NCBI GenBank assembly: GCA_964410165.1
Contig: CAYPFT010000002.1
Span: 367-64,366, forward strand
Length of the DNA stretch: 64,000 nucleotides
Origin: an uncultured Candidatus Saccharibacteria bacterium
Lineage (GTDB): Bacteria; Patescibacteriota; Minisyncoccia; Phycocordibacterales; CAIJYI01
Direction: 5' to 3'
Shown in pieces: positions 28,563 to 38,245 of the stretch (its first letter is position 1; each line of letters begins with the position of its first letter). The notes beneath the pieces were generated by a model that was not told where the DNA came from, did no database searches, and saw nothing but the letters and a program-made list of their open reading frames with translations. A program made the translations under genes and the position numbers.

Positions 28563-29267
28563 ATGAACCGGCGAGAATTTTTGTCGCTTTTTGTGGAAAA
28601 TACAAAGAAACGAAGCAGGACATCATCAGGGGTTGGCGAAACGTCAATAAGTCCAATGAAGAAAGGGTTGTTAAAGGCGGGCGAGGACTTGAAGCGGCAA
28701 GTTCACGAGAATACGCTCATGCTTGCCGAAGAAATATGGGGGGTACCATTCGTATATTTTGAAGCTTCTCGCATACGCTCCTTGTTGGAAAATTGGTTTG
28801 ATATCATTCAAAAAGATATTTTCGACAGAGAGGCGTGTTCCCTCGAACGATCTCGGCAGGGGAAACATTCCGTTACCATGCTCCATGGTTTGAGTTGTCG
28901 GTCCAACAACAAATATCGCTTCTGGGAAGTGAACTATGCGTTCCCTGAACACAACCCGCCGCCGGAGTATCTTGAGGTGTGGATGGATGTTTTTTATGCG
29001 GAAATTGTGAAAAAAATGATACAGACTGACGGTACATCGGTAAATTCGGTCGCTAAGTTGTTGGCGTGGGCGGACAGGGAAATGGATTTCATCATTCACC
29101 CATGGAGCGATGGATGCGGACGAATGTCGACCGCTCTCGTCATGTGGCTTGCGCTTCGGGTATCGAAAGTCGGTTTGCCAAAGTTTGGCAAACGAGAGAA
29201 ACATTACAAAACAATAAAAACAACCACGAAGCATACGGAGTATTTTCTTAAATGCCTCAAGTCGTAA
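28563..29267 (+). CDS. Fic-domain protein
   Basis: IHPWSDGCGRMS, a variant of HPFxDGNGR. Confidence 0.8.
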   Translation: MNRREFLSLFVENTKKRSRTSSGVGETSISPMKKGLLKAGEDLKRQVHENTLMLAEEIWGVPFVYFEASRIRSLLENWFDIIQKDIFDREACSLERSRQGKHSVTMLHGLSCRSNNKYRFWEVNYAFPEHNPPPEYLEVWMDVFYAEIVKKMIQTDGTSVNSVAKLLAWADREMDFIIHPWSDGCGRMSTALVMWLALRVSKVGLPKFGKREKHYKTIKTTTKHTEYFLKCLKS

Positions 29268-29326
29268 GCGGCTCACGCGCCTTGTCCCCTTGTCGGACAA
29301 GGCGCTTTTTGCAATACTGAAAAGTA

Positions 29327-29944
29327 ATGACCGAAGACAACACAGAAAAAAACGACAGAGAAAAAATTCTTGCGTATATAAAAAAGAAACACGATGGGCA
29401 GATGCGCGCCGAGAATGTTCCGACGTGGCATCATCTCGCCCGGGTGGCTCATATTTTGGAAACCGTTTTGGAAAAACACAAAGAGGGGACGGCGGAGGAA
29501 AGGCAAGCGATAATCCGCGCCGGTTACGGACACGACCTTTTGGAAGATACGAATGCCACGGAGAAAGAGCTTGTCGAAATTTTTGGTACAGATGGGGCGC
29601 GTATTATCCACGGGGACACAAACGAATGGGGCGATGACGATGTGCGTCCGTATGTGGAGAAAATGCGCCATGAGCCGGAGAGTGTCCGCCTCGCAAAACT
29701 TGCCGACCTCTATGATAATGTCAGCAATGTCACCTATTGCCTCTCCGCGCTTGGAGCGGAGTGGGTAACTTCATATTTTCTTCGCGTTGTGACGCCTATG
29801 TATGAAATGGTTATTGATTCACCGTTTACTGTCTACGAAAAGTCCGGAAATGAATTAAAAGCAATGGCTCAAAACGCTTTTTCGCTCCTTCATGACGAAT
29901 TTTCGCGATATGTCTCCTCGTTGCCGAGCGGAATCCCTCGTTGA
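29327..29944 (+). CDS. HD-domain hydrolase, RelA/SpoT-hydrolase (Mesh1/small alarmone hydrolase)-like
   Basis: H..RVA, HDLLEDT and KLADLYDN. Confidence 0.8.
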   Translation: MTEDNTEKNDREKILAYIKKKHDGQMRAENVPTWHHLARVAHILETVLEKHKEGTAEERQAIIRAGYGHDLLEDTNATEKELVEIFGTDGARIIHGDTNEWGDDDVRPYVEKMRHEPESVRLAKLADLYDNVSNVTYCLSALGAEWVTSYFLRVVTPMYEMVIDSPFTVYEKSGNELKAMAQNAFSLLHDEFSRYVSSLPSGIPR

Positions 29945-30001
29945 TTTTTGGCATTGCGCATGCTACTCTCCTTGTAGGTTTGAAAATCTAAGGAGAATAC
30001 C

Positions 30002-30670
30002 ATGTTCCAGTCCATTCCGCTTGAAATTTTTCAAGCACGAACCGGCATATCTCGAGACATTATGACGCCGACATGGGCGCAAGCGTCCGAAGTTGTTTCT
30101 CTTCGCGATATTGTTTCCGTTTCTTCCATACAGGTTATGTCCGAAGAGTATTTGAGAAAACTCATTTGCAGTACGACCCTTGAAGGCGATGAGCACTCTC
30201 TCGTGTACGAAAAGTGTCATATTTCTCGCGCGAGAATTGACCCGCATAATATCCTTGTGGGTCAGGCGTTTGTCGAGCGCGCGAAATATCAGAGGATGAT
30301 TGAAAATCTTTCGAGGGTGTTTGAGGGGTTTTGCGTAAATCACGGCTTTGCCAAAAGTATCGCACTTGTTGTTTTGGGGAAGATTGCCGATGGCTCTGTC
30401 GGGATTGCACACTACGTTCCTCCGATTGTGGAACAGCACCATGGCGGACTCTATCTTCTTGATGGCGTTCACCGTAATTTTCTGGTCGGTTCGGTCGGTA
30501 CTACCATTGAAGCGATTATTTTGAAAAATATCCAGATACCCTTTCCGTGCGATGTGCATACATGGTCGTCGCTTCATCCGGTTGACGAGAAACCGCCAAG
30601 AGCCGAACGATTCTATAATCTTCGTCCGGATATTTTCCGTGATCTCAAACGGGTCGGAGTGGATGGATAG
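30002..30670 (+). CDS. Hypothetical protein with a ParB/Srx-like motif
   Basis: PPIVE....LYLLDGVHR; SD AAGGAG. Confidence 0.6.
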   Translation: MFQSIPLEIFQARTGISRDIMTPTWAQASEVVSLRDIVSVSSIQVMSEEYLRKLICSTTLEGDEHSLVYEKCHISRARIDPHNILVGQAFVERAKYQRMIENLSRVFEGFCVNHGFAKSIALVVLGKIADGSVGIAHYVPPIVEQHHGGLYLLDGVHRNFLVGSVGTTIEAIILKNIQIPFPCDVHTWSSLHPVDEKPPRAERFYNLRPDIFRDLKRVGVDG

Positions 30671-30712
30671 GCGCGATACATATTTTTGAAAGCCCGCAGC
30701 GACCGGGCTTTT

Positions 30713-30745
30713 TTCTTTTCGGTTTTTGTGGTAAGAAGAGGGGAG
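30713..30745 (+). promoter_or_regulatory. 33-bp duplicated upstream element, copy 2
   Basis: Identical to 28500-28532; precedes dcd. Confidence 0.7.
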
Positions 30746-30783
30746 TTTATTCTTTTACATCGCAACATAAGGGAGGCAGTACT

Positions 30784-31929
30784 ATGATTTTACACTACGA
30801 CCAACTGTTACAGTTTGCATTTCCGCCAAGCGGACCAAGCCTTATTTCCGGGGAAGTTCCTCTGAAGAGAGGGCAGATGCAGTCCGAATCGGTGGACTGC
30901 CGTTTGGGCGATCGAGTATATCGCATGCGTTCATCGGCTCTTCCGCGAAAGAACGAAACAGTCGAGCAGCTGATAAATGATTACTGCATGTACGATTTTT
31001 CTCTTCCTGAAAAAGAAGCGCGGGTTTTGGAGGCCGGGGCGTGCTACATTATTCCGCTCCAAGAAAAAGTTTTGATGTCTCCGGAATATTCGGTTTTGTT
31101 TTCTCCGAAAAGTTCCACGGGAAGATGTTTCGTTTTTGTGAGAGTACTCACGGACAACAACACCTATTACGACTGTATCAAGGGCGGATATTCCGGTAAT
31201 TTTTATCTCGAAGTTTTACCGCTTGCTTTTACCATAAGCGTTCGGTCAGGGGTATCGTTGACGCAGTTTCGGCTGAAAGATCAATTTGAGGATAAATTAA
31301 CGACTGAGCAGATTCGCTTTATTCACCAGATGAAACTTCGGACAGGGGACGGGCTTGTTTTTTCAAAAGAAGAGAAAGCCCTTTCTTTTGATGAGTTTGC
31401 CATCTCAAACAGCCGCCTGTATTTTACCCTCGACCTCGCCCGTTCGATTGTCGGCTTTGAAGCAAAGCAGTCATGCGTCACGGAACTTCATATGGATAAA
31501 ATGGATTATCATGATGCGGAAGATTTCTGGCTTCCCATTACCAGACCGAAGAACGGACAGATTATTCTTGAGCCGGGGAAATTTTACCTGCTCTCTACAA
31601 AGGAGCGGGTAAAAATACCGTCAAATTTGTGCGGCTCCGTCGTGGATTACGATGCGCGCGCCGGAGAGTTCCGGACGCATTATGCCAGTTGGTTCGGCGC
31701 CGGATTCGGCGGAGAGACAGGAATCCCCGTGGTTCTTGAGGTTCGCGGTTCAGACGCGCCGTTCCGTCTCGTGGACGGCCAACCGATATGCGGTATGGAA
31801 TTTGAGCGTCTCTTCGGCACCCCATCGCTTCTGTATGGAAAAGAAAGAAATTCAAACTATGTAATAGGTGTACCGTCTCTTTCCAAGCATTTCAAAAACA
31901 GAGAGAGTGTTTGGGGAGAAATGATTTAG
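30784..31929 (+). CDS. dcd: Two-domain dCTP deaminase (DCD family), divergent
   Basis: S.D.RLG, PKSSTGR, GY.G..YLE, GEFR.HYA and VLEVR. Confidence 0.85.
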   Translation: MILHYDQLLQFAFPPSGPSLISGEVPLKRGQMQSESVDCRLGDRVYRMRSSALPRKNETVEQLINDYCMYDFSLPEKEARVLEAGACYIIPLQEKVLMSPEYSVLFSPKSSTGRCFVFVRVLTDNNTYYDCIKGGYSGNFYLEVLPLAFTISVRSGVSLTQFRLKDQFEDKLTTEQIRFIHQMKLRTGDGLVFSKEEKALSFDEFAISNSRLYFTLDLARSIVGFEAKQSCVTELHMDKMDYHDAEDFWLPITRPKNGQIILEPGKFYLLSTKERVKIPSNLCGSVVDYDARAGEFRTHYASWFGAGFGGETGIPVVLEVRGSDAPFRLVDGQPICGMEFERLFGTPSLLYGKERNSNYVIGVPSLSKHFKNRESVWGEMI

Positions 31930-31959
31930 AAATATTATTGATGCAATTTGTTTTTGCAA

Positions 31960-31986
31960 AAAAAGGCGCCGTAATGGCGCCTTTTT
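31960..31986. terminator. Bidirectional hairpin terminator between dcd and thyX
   Basis: AAAAAGGCGCC-GTAAT-GGCGCCTTTTT. Confidence 0.7.
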
Positions 31987-31990
31987 CCTA

Positions 31991-33400
31991 TCATACTTTT
32001 TTAACAATATCCTGCTCGCCGCGCTTGATGTCGAAGCGTCCGATTTCTTTGGCGGTGTGGACTTGAAGTCCATATTCGCCGAAATTGTCCGTTAAGAATC
32101 CGGCTATTCGATGGGCTTGTTTTTGGAGCGTCGGGTGGACGAACGGCGTTGCGCGAAGTTCGGCAAGGTAGACAAAAGCGGGTAAGTCTCCGGTGATACG
32201 GTTCGAGACACGGTATCCCATGGGGATATAGTATTGAGCGTCCAGAGGGGAGATATCGCTTAGGAACGAGAGCAAATCCGTTGTTTTGAGGAGTGCCACC
32301 GCCTTCTGCCGGATGTCTTCGGGAAGTTCATTGAGATACCACGGCTCGAATCCGTGTACGGTCGTGAGAAGCGGCATGCGCTGTACGACAGCCCTCTGTC
32401 GCTGAATATCTCGGAACGAACCGAAGTCAAGGAGGAAACGGAACCGAAGCGAAGATGCTTGCGCCAAAAATTTCGGGAGTTCGGTTTTTGGCGGTCTTGC
32501 GACAAGCACCTGACGGTGTTTATTCAGTTCGTCTTCATCTGTAAAGAGAACAGTTCCTTCGAATTCCGGACATTCGCCGTCAAATAAATAGTAATATTCA
32601 TGCATCCACATCTCGTTATAATTTTCCGTAGCCTCGTATCTTTTGTGTGAGAACGAGCTTGGGAAAGCTTCTCTGAGTGCCGATTCCATAGCTTCCGCGA
32701 CTGTCCGGACCTCTTCAAGCGGATGGTGGCGCAATATCGCGATTTTGTCAGCCGTTTGGCGGAGGTTGGCGTGCCACGAAAGATTGGTCATAGCGCCACC
32801 GGGAAGAAAGCTGCGTAAAATGTCAAAGGCTCTCGCCGCGATGGCCTTTTCATATTTTCCAGAATCCTCCTGCTCGGGTCTTGGAAACCGGAACCGCAAG
32901 TCTTTTTTGAGTGGCTCCAAAGATTCAAGATAAAACATCCGCAAACATTCATGAAGGTTTTTCGCCCATGAGAAACCGAGGATGTTAATAAACAGTTGTT
33001 CGGCGAAATCCACGTAGCGTGTCGAGACTTCTTGCCCCGAATACAAAAGCCAGTCTTGAATCGCTTTCGCTACGAGCATCGAAACGCCTTCAATAAAAAT
33101 GGTGACCGAACCGCAGTCGCCGATGGATTTGTGTCCGTAGCCGACGTAAAATTGCGCCATGAATTTTTCCGCGCCTTTTTTCGCAATCTCAACCAAGTGT
33201 TTGAGCACGCTTCCGGGAGAGCGCGAATAGAGTGCCTGAAGCATCGCTTCGGCTTCGGGGCCGATGAGGGCACCGGTGTTTAAGACGAGAACCATTCCGC
33301 CGTTTGGAAGCGGGCGGATGGCGTGTTTGAGTTTTTCAAATGCGCGATATTTTTGCCATTGACTGAGCAAAGCCGAGGCTTTTTGGAAATAGGAAATCAT
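31991..33400 (-). CDS. thyX: Flavin-dependent thymidylate synthase, double-domain type
   Basis: ALYSRS, YGHKSIGDC, QEVSTRYVDF, AFDILRSFLP, FRDIQRQR and ELR....HP. Confidence 0.85.
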   Translation of the reverse strand: MISYFQKASALLSQWQKYRAFEKLKHAIRPLPNGGMVLVLNTGALIGPEAEAMLQALYSRSPGSVLKHLVEIAKKGAEKFMAQFYVGYGHKSIGDCGSVTIFIEGVSMLVAKAIQDWLLYSGQEVSTRYVDFAEQLFINILGFSWAKNLHECLRMFYLESLEPLKKDLRFRFPRPEQEDSGKYEKAIAARAFDILRSFLPGGAMTNLSWHANLRQTADKIAILRHHPLEEVRTVAEAMESALREAFPSSFSHKRYEATENYNEMWMHEYYYLFDGECPEFEGTVLFTDEDELNKHRQVLVARPPKTELPKFLAQASSLRFRFLLDFGSFRDIQRQRAVVQRMPLLTTVHGFEPWYLNELPEDIRQKAVALLKTTDLLSFLSDISPLDAQYYIPMGYRVSNRITGDLPAFVYLAELRATPFVHPTLQKQAHRIAGFLTDNFGEYGLQVHTAKEIGRFDIKRGEQDIVKKV

Positions 33401-33535
33401 AGAGTGCCTGCCCTTTTTTGTGAAAGAAAAATGTATCCATCTTCCACACTAAATGAATCGGGCGATAAGTCAACTTCCGTTCGCGCGCAGTTTGTGATTA
33501 AATGAAAGAAGATAATTTTTTGGAGACAATATACC

Positions 33536-34126
33536 ATGGCACACAAAGGCAAATTTATCGCGCTTTATGGCATTAACAATATCGGCAAATCAACGCAAAT
33601 AAAGAAATTGCAGCAAAAGTTTCATTATTTATCCATTGGCTGTTATTTTGTTAAATACGGGGTGTATGACCTCATCCCGTCGGGTCCGGAACTCAATGCG
33701 TATTTGCGTAAAGGAAATCCGGAAAATCTCTCTCCGCGCGAATTTCAGCTCATTCATGTCATTAATCGAGCTCAGTATGAGCCTCGCATTGGAGCTATTC
33801 TTTTCGGTGGGACTCATGTAATCGCCGAAGATTATACCGGAACAGGCATCGCTTGGGGTATGGGGGCCGGGGTCAACAAGGAATTCCTTTTGCGCATGAA
33901 CAGTCATTTGCGCAAGGAAGACCTCGCTATTCTTATGGACGGCGAACGATTCTCAGAGAGTATCGAAGTTGGACATGCGCATGAAGAAAAAGAGGAGTTA
34001 GTAAAAAAGGTAAGACAAATCCATCTTGAACTCGCGAAAGAGTTTGGCTGGCATGTTGTGAACGCGAATCAGTCGGACAAGAAAGTGCATAATGACATTT
34101 GGCGTATCGTCGAGCCGATTTTATGA
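33536..34126 (+). CDS. tmk: Thymidylate kinase, divergent
   Basis: KGKFIAL.G...GKSTQ P-loop, NR..Y and HE lid; located between thyX and dut. Confidence 0.8.
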   Translation: MAHKGKFIALYGINNIGKSTQIKKLQQKFHYLSIGCYFVKYGVYDLIPSGPELNAYLRKGNPENLSPREFQLIHVINRAQYEPRIGAILFGGTHVIAEDYTGTGIAWGMGAGVNKEFLLRMNSHLRKEDLAILMDGERFSESIEVGHAHEEKEELVKKVRQIHLELAKEFGWHVVNANQSDKKVHNDIWRIVEPIL

Positions 34127-34172
34127 AAACAATCTCCGTCCGCAAGGCGGAGATTTTTGCTATACTGTTTTT

Positions 34173-34601
34173 ATGACACTCATCCTCAAAATCAAACGCC
34201 TTACGGAAGACGCGAAAATTCCAAACTGCGCCCATCCGGGGGATGCGGGGCTTGATTTGTATGCGACGGAGGATGTAACGCTTGTGCCGAACGAACGCAA
34301 GGCTGTTCCGACTGGAATCGCGATGGAAATTCCCGATGGTTATGCGGGTCTTATGTGGGACAAAAGCGGGCTTTCCATAAAACACGGACTAAAAACTCTC
34401 GGCGGGGTAATAGACTCCGGTTACCGCGGAGAAGTGCTTGTCGGCATTATAAATTTGTCCGGCGAGGAATACACGATACGAAAAGGCGAAAAAATCGCGC
34501 AGATGATTATTCAGAAAAAAGAAACCATTGAGGTTGAAGAAGCGTCGGAATTAAGCGAAACCGCTCGGGGAGAAGGGGGGTTTGGGAGTACGGGGAAATG
34601 A
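34173..34601 (+). CDS. dut: dUTP diphosphatase
   Basis: AGLDL, KSGL, GVIDSGYRGE, IAQ and RGEGGFGSTG. Confidence 0.95.
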   Translation: MTLILKIKRLTEDAKIPNCAHPGDAGLDLYATEDVTLVPNERKAVPTGIAMEIPDGYAGLMWDKSGLSIKHGLKTLGGVIDSGYRGEVLVGIINLSGEEYTIRKGEKIAQMIIQKKETIEVEEASELSETARGEGGFGSTGK

Positions 34602-34635
34602 TGAAAAAGTCCTGTCTTTGTGCTAGGATAACCGA

Positions 34636-34776
34636 ATGAAGATGAAAGAGAATAATTACGCTTTTATCGACAGCCAGAATTTTGAAATTCACTAGTGATT
34701 GGCGCCAAACAAAAGTGCCATCGGACAAGCCAGACGGCACTTTTGTTGGTAGGTCTACATAAGGACGAAACCTTAT
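34636..34776 (+). pseudogene. Remnant of a NYN-domain gene
   Basis: MKMKENNYAFIDSQNF then a stop; downstream HKDETL tail within hairpin CATAAGG-ACGAAA-CCTTATG. Confidence 0.55.
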
Positions 34777-34846
34777 GCCGACCACACCGTTACCCATGGG
34801 GATAAGTTTATATGGTAACGGTACAGAAAATAAAAGTCAATAGCGT

Positions 34847-36532
34847 ATGGTAAAAATTATTCTCGAAAAAGCAATACGGAGCATTCTTGAGGCGCAAGGT
34901 ATTACTGTGCCGAGTTTTATCGTGGAGAAATCGCCCACTTTTGGCGACTATGCGACGAATGCGGCACTCGTTTCGGCAAAAGAACTCGGAAAGAATCCGC
35001 GTGAAGTGGCGGAGCTTTTGGTTGCGGAACTGGAGAAGTCTGATGATGTGAATGAAGCGATTTTGAAAATGGAAATCGCGGGTCCCGGTTTCATAAATTT
35101 TTTTGTAAAAGACGAAGTCATCCAGAAGCACATCAGTGAGATAGTTTCTCTCGGCGCAGGGTACGGGGAAAACAAAACACTTGAAAGGCAGAAAGTGATG
35201 GTGGAATACACCGACCCGAATCCGTTCAAGGAATTTCATATAGGGCACCTCATGTCGAATGCGGTGGGGGAATCACTCTCGCGCATCGTGGAAGCGCAGG
35301 GTGCGGAGGTGAAGCGGGCGTGCTATCAAGGAGATGTGGGAATGCATGTGGCGAAGACCGTTTTTGGAATCAAGAATCAAGAATCAGGAATCAGGAATGT
35401 TGCCGACCTCGGCCGGGCTTACGCTTTTGGGGCGCAGGATTACGATGAACACAAAATGGAAATTCAGGAGATCAATAAAAAGATTTATAACCGTTCTGAC
35501 GCAGAAATAAATGAGATATATGACGCGGGGCGGAAAATATCGCTGGATTATTTTGAAACTATTTATCAAAAGCTCGGGACGAAATTCGACTGCTATTTTT
35601 TTGAAAGCGCGACTGGCGTGTTTGGAAAGCAGATTGTCGAAGAAAACACCCCGGCAGTATTTGAGAAAAGCGACGGGGCGGTGATTTTCAAAGGGGAAGA
35701 CCATGGACTTCACACGCGCGTATTTATAAATTCCGAAGGCCTGCCGACGTATGAGGCGAAAGAGTTGGGGCTTGCGAAAATGAAATATGACACATACCCG
35801 TACGATGCGTCCATCGTGGTGACTGGCAATGAAGTGAATGATTACTTCCAAGTATTGCTTCGCGCGATGTACCTCATTTTTCCAGAGCTTGAAAAGCGGA
35901 CGAAGCACATTTCGCACGGCATGTTGCGGCTCCCGACCGGCAAGATGTCTTCGCGCACGGGCGATGTGATTACCGCCGAATCGCTCATTTCGGAAGTGAA
36001 AGACATGGCGCTTGAGAAAATGAAAGACCGCGAGCTTGAAGGCAAAGAACAAATCGCCGAACAAATAGCCGTCGGCGCGATTAAATACTCCATTCTGAAA
36101 CAATCCCCCGGCAAAGACATCATCTTTGATTTTGAAAAATCACTCTCGTTCGAAGGCGATTCCGGTGTGTATTTGCAGTACGCGTATGTCCGCACGCAAG
36201 CCATTCTCCGAAAATCCGAGTTTACACAGGGTAGTCCTCAGGAGAATCTCCTGAGGACTACCCTTGGGGAAACTGGGGGGCTAAGTGAGCTTGAAAAACT
36301 GCTCTTTGAAGGATTGCCGAATGTGGTGAAGCTCGCGCACCACGACCTTGCTCCGAATTATATTGCTACTTACCTCATCAATGTTTGCCGTGCGTTCAAT
36401 GCGTACTATGAGCAAAACCCGATACTCGGAAATGAACATACGCCCTATCGCCTCGCGCTTGTGGAAGCGGTTGGTATCGTTTTGAGGAATGGCTTGTATC
36501 TGCTCGGCATCGCCGCGCCGGAACGGATGTAG
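34847..36532 (+). CDS. argS: Arginine--tRNA ligase
   Basis: GDYATN, GPGFINF, NPFKEFHIGH, KMSSRTG and YLQYAY.R. Confidence 0.96.
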   Translation: MVKIILEKAIRSILEAQGITVPSFIVEKSPTFGDYATNAALVSAKELGKNPREVAELLVAELEKSDDVNEAILKMEIAGPGFINFFVKDEVIQKHISEIVSLGAGYGENKTLERQKVMVEYTDPNPFKEFHIGHLMSNAVGESLSRIVEAQGAEVKRACYQGDVGMHVAKTVFGIKNQESGIRNVADLGRAYAFGAQDYDEHKMEIQEINKKIYNRSDAEINEIYDAGRKISLDYFETIYQKLGTKFDCYFFESATGVFGKQIVEENTPAVFEKSDGAVIFKGEDHGLHTRVFINSEGLPTYEAKELGLAKMKYDTYPYDASIVVTGNEVNDYFQVLLRAMYLIFPELEKRTKHISHGMLRLPTGKMSSRTGDVITAESLISEVKDMALEKMKDRELEGKEQIAEQIAVGAIKYSILKQSPGKDIIFDFEKSLSFEGDSGVYLQYAYVRTQAILRKSEFTQGSPQENLLRTTLGETGGLSELEKLLFEGLPNVVKLAHHDLAPNYIATYLINVCRAFNAYYEQNPILGNEHTPYRLALVEAVGIVLRNGLYLLGIAAPERM

Positions 36533-36577
36533 CGCTCATTTTCAAAAAACATTTCCCGCACCACTTCCTTGCTTGTT

Positions 36578-36625
36578 CTCCCCTATAGCTTTTTCTAGCA
36601 TATGCTAGAAAAAGCTATAGGGGAG
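36578..36625. repeat. Perfect 48-bp palindrome with no spacer, between convergent argS and spoVR
   Basis: CTCCCCTATAGCTTTTTCTAGCAT|ATGCTAGAAAAAGCTATAGGGGAG. Confidence 0.9.
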
Positions 36626-36712
36626 TTTGTTCAGACGGTACAATGATACAAAGATAAAAAAAGTACGCACCGTTTCGGCGCGCACTGGTCTAAAGAACAA
36701 ATCATTTCCATA

Positions 36713-38245
36713 TTATTTCTTTCCCGATTTCGACGGACATTCGGCGATAAGTTCAACCTTGTCGTCTTCTTTGACCGCCTCAATCCGCACCGGACACTGC
36801 CAGAGCTGGAAGAGGTGTTTGAGCACTTCCGCCGCGCTTTCTTTGTGGAGCGGAACGCGATTGCGTTCCGTATGCCGCAAAGTAAGCGTGCGGTCGTTGC
36901 GCAAATCAACGTTCCATATCTGAATATCAGGTTCGATGGCGCCGATGTCGTACTGACCGGCAAGCGCTCGGCGTACATCGCGGTACCCGTCTTCGTTGTG
37001 GATTGCATTCACAATATAGTTTGCCGTGTCGAGTCCCGGGTAGTCTATTATATGCCACAGCCGCATGTCGCGCATGACTTTCGGAGAAAGATACTGTGAG
37101 ATAAAGCTCTCGTCTTTGAAGTTTTCCATAGTGAACTTCATTGTGGCAAGCCAGTCCGTACCCGCAATATCAGGGAACCACTTTTTGTCCTCTTCCGTCG
37201 GATTTTGACAGATGCGCGGAATGTCGCGAAACATATCGAAGCCGAGAGCGTAAGGATTTATTCCGGAATAATACGGCTTATCCCACGTCGGCTGAAGAAT
37301 CACATTTGTATGAGATACCAAAAATTCCAGCATAAAGCCGTCGTTCACGTATCCTTCGTCGTAGAGATCGTACATGAGCGTGTAATGCCAGAACGTCGCC
37401 CACCCTTCGTTCATGACTTTCGTCTGCCGTTGGGGATAGAAGTACTGCGCAATCTTGCGAACGATGCGCACAATCTCTCTTTGCCATGGTTCCAGAAACG
37501 GAGCGTTCTTTTCGATGAAATACAGGATATTTTCCTGCGGTTCGGTCGGGAAACGCTCCCGCCACTTTTTTTCCGCCTCCTTTTTGATCTTTGGCACCGT
37601 TTTGTCCCAGAGGTCGTTTACCTGCGACTGGAGATATTCCGCGCGTTCTTTCTGCCGCGCCCTTTCTTTTTCGAGCGAAATCGGCGCGGGGCGCTTATAG
37701 CGATCAACACCATAATTGCTTAATGCATTGCATGAGTCCAAAAAGAACTCCACTTCCTCTCGCCCATATTTCTCTTCGCACTCCGCGATATAGCGTTTTG
37801 CGAAGAGCATGTAATCCACGATAGCATCGGGGCTCGTCCACTGACGGAACAGATAATTTCCCTTAAAGAAGGAATTATGTCCGTAGCAGGCATGGGCGGT
37901 GACGAGTTCCTGCATCGCGGAAGAGTTCTCTTCCATAAGGTAGGCAATGCAAGGATTCGAGTTGATAACGAGCTCGTAGGCAAGACTCACATCGCCTCTC
38001 ATGTACGCGCGCCTCGTATTTTCCGCTTCTTTTCCGAGAGACCAGTGATAAAACGATACCGGCAGTCCGATGGATGAATACCGATCTATCATTTGCTCCG
38101 CGGTGATAATCTCAATCTGATTCGGAAACGTCTTGAGGCCGTACTTTTCGCATGCGATCCGCCCAATCACTTCGTTTGCTTTTTGAATATCCTCAATGGT
38201 CCATGCGGAAGATTCGGTAATTAACCGTGATATGTTGTGTGACAT
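36713..38245 (-). CDS. spoVR: SpoVR/YcgB family protein
   Basis: HWSLGK, LAYELVINSNPCIAYLMEEN, HACYGHNSFFK and QTKVMNEGWATFWH. Confidence 0.95.
   Translation of the reverse strand: MSHNISRLITESSAWTIEDIQKANEVIGRIACEKYGLKTFPNQIEIITAEQMIDRYSSIGLPVSFYHWSLGKEAENTRRAYMRGDVSLAYELVINSNPCIAYLMEENSSAMQELVTAHACYGHNSFFKGNYLFRQWTSPDAIVDYMLFAKRYIAECEEKYGREEVEFFLDSCNALSNYGVDRYKRPAPISLEKERARQKERAEYLQSQVNDLWDKTVPKIKKEAEKKWRERFPTEPQENILYFIEKNAPFLEPWQREIVRIVRKIAQYFYPQRQTKVMNEGWATFWHYTLMYDLYDEGYVNDGFMLEFLVSHTNVILQPTWDKPYYSGINPYALGFDMFRDIPRICQNPTEEDKKWFPDIAGTDWLATMKFTMENFKDESFISQYLSPKVMRDMRLWHIIDYPGLDTANYIVNAIHNEDGYRDVRRALAGQYDIGAIEPDIQIWNVDLRNDRTLTLRHTERNRVPLHKESAAEVLKHLFQLWQCPVRIEAVKEDDKVELIAECPSKSGKK

Noticed and set aside
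28563-34601. Prophage, suggested by nucleotide-metabolism genes
   Set aside because: No integrase, terminase, capsid or tail genes; flanked by galU and argS
36578-36625. Protelomerase (telRL-like) target site
   Set aside because: No protelomerase or phage genes in the window; kept only as an unexplained palindrome
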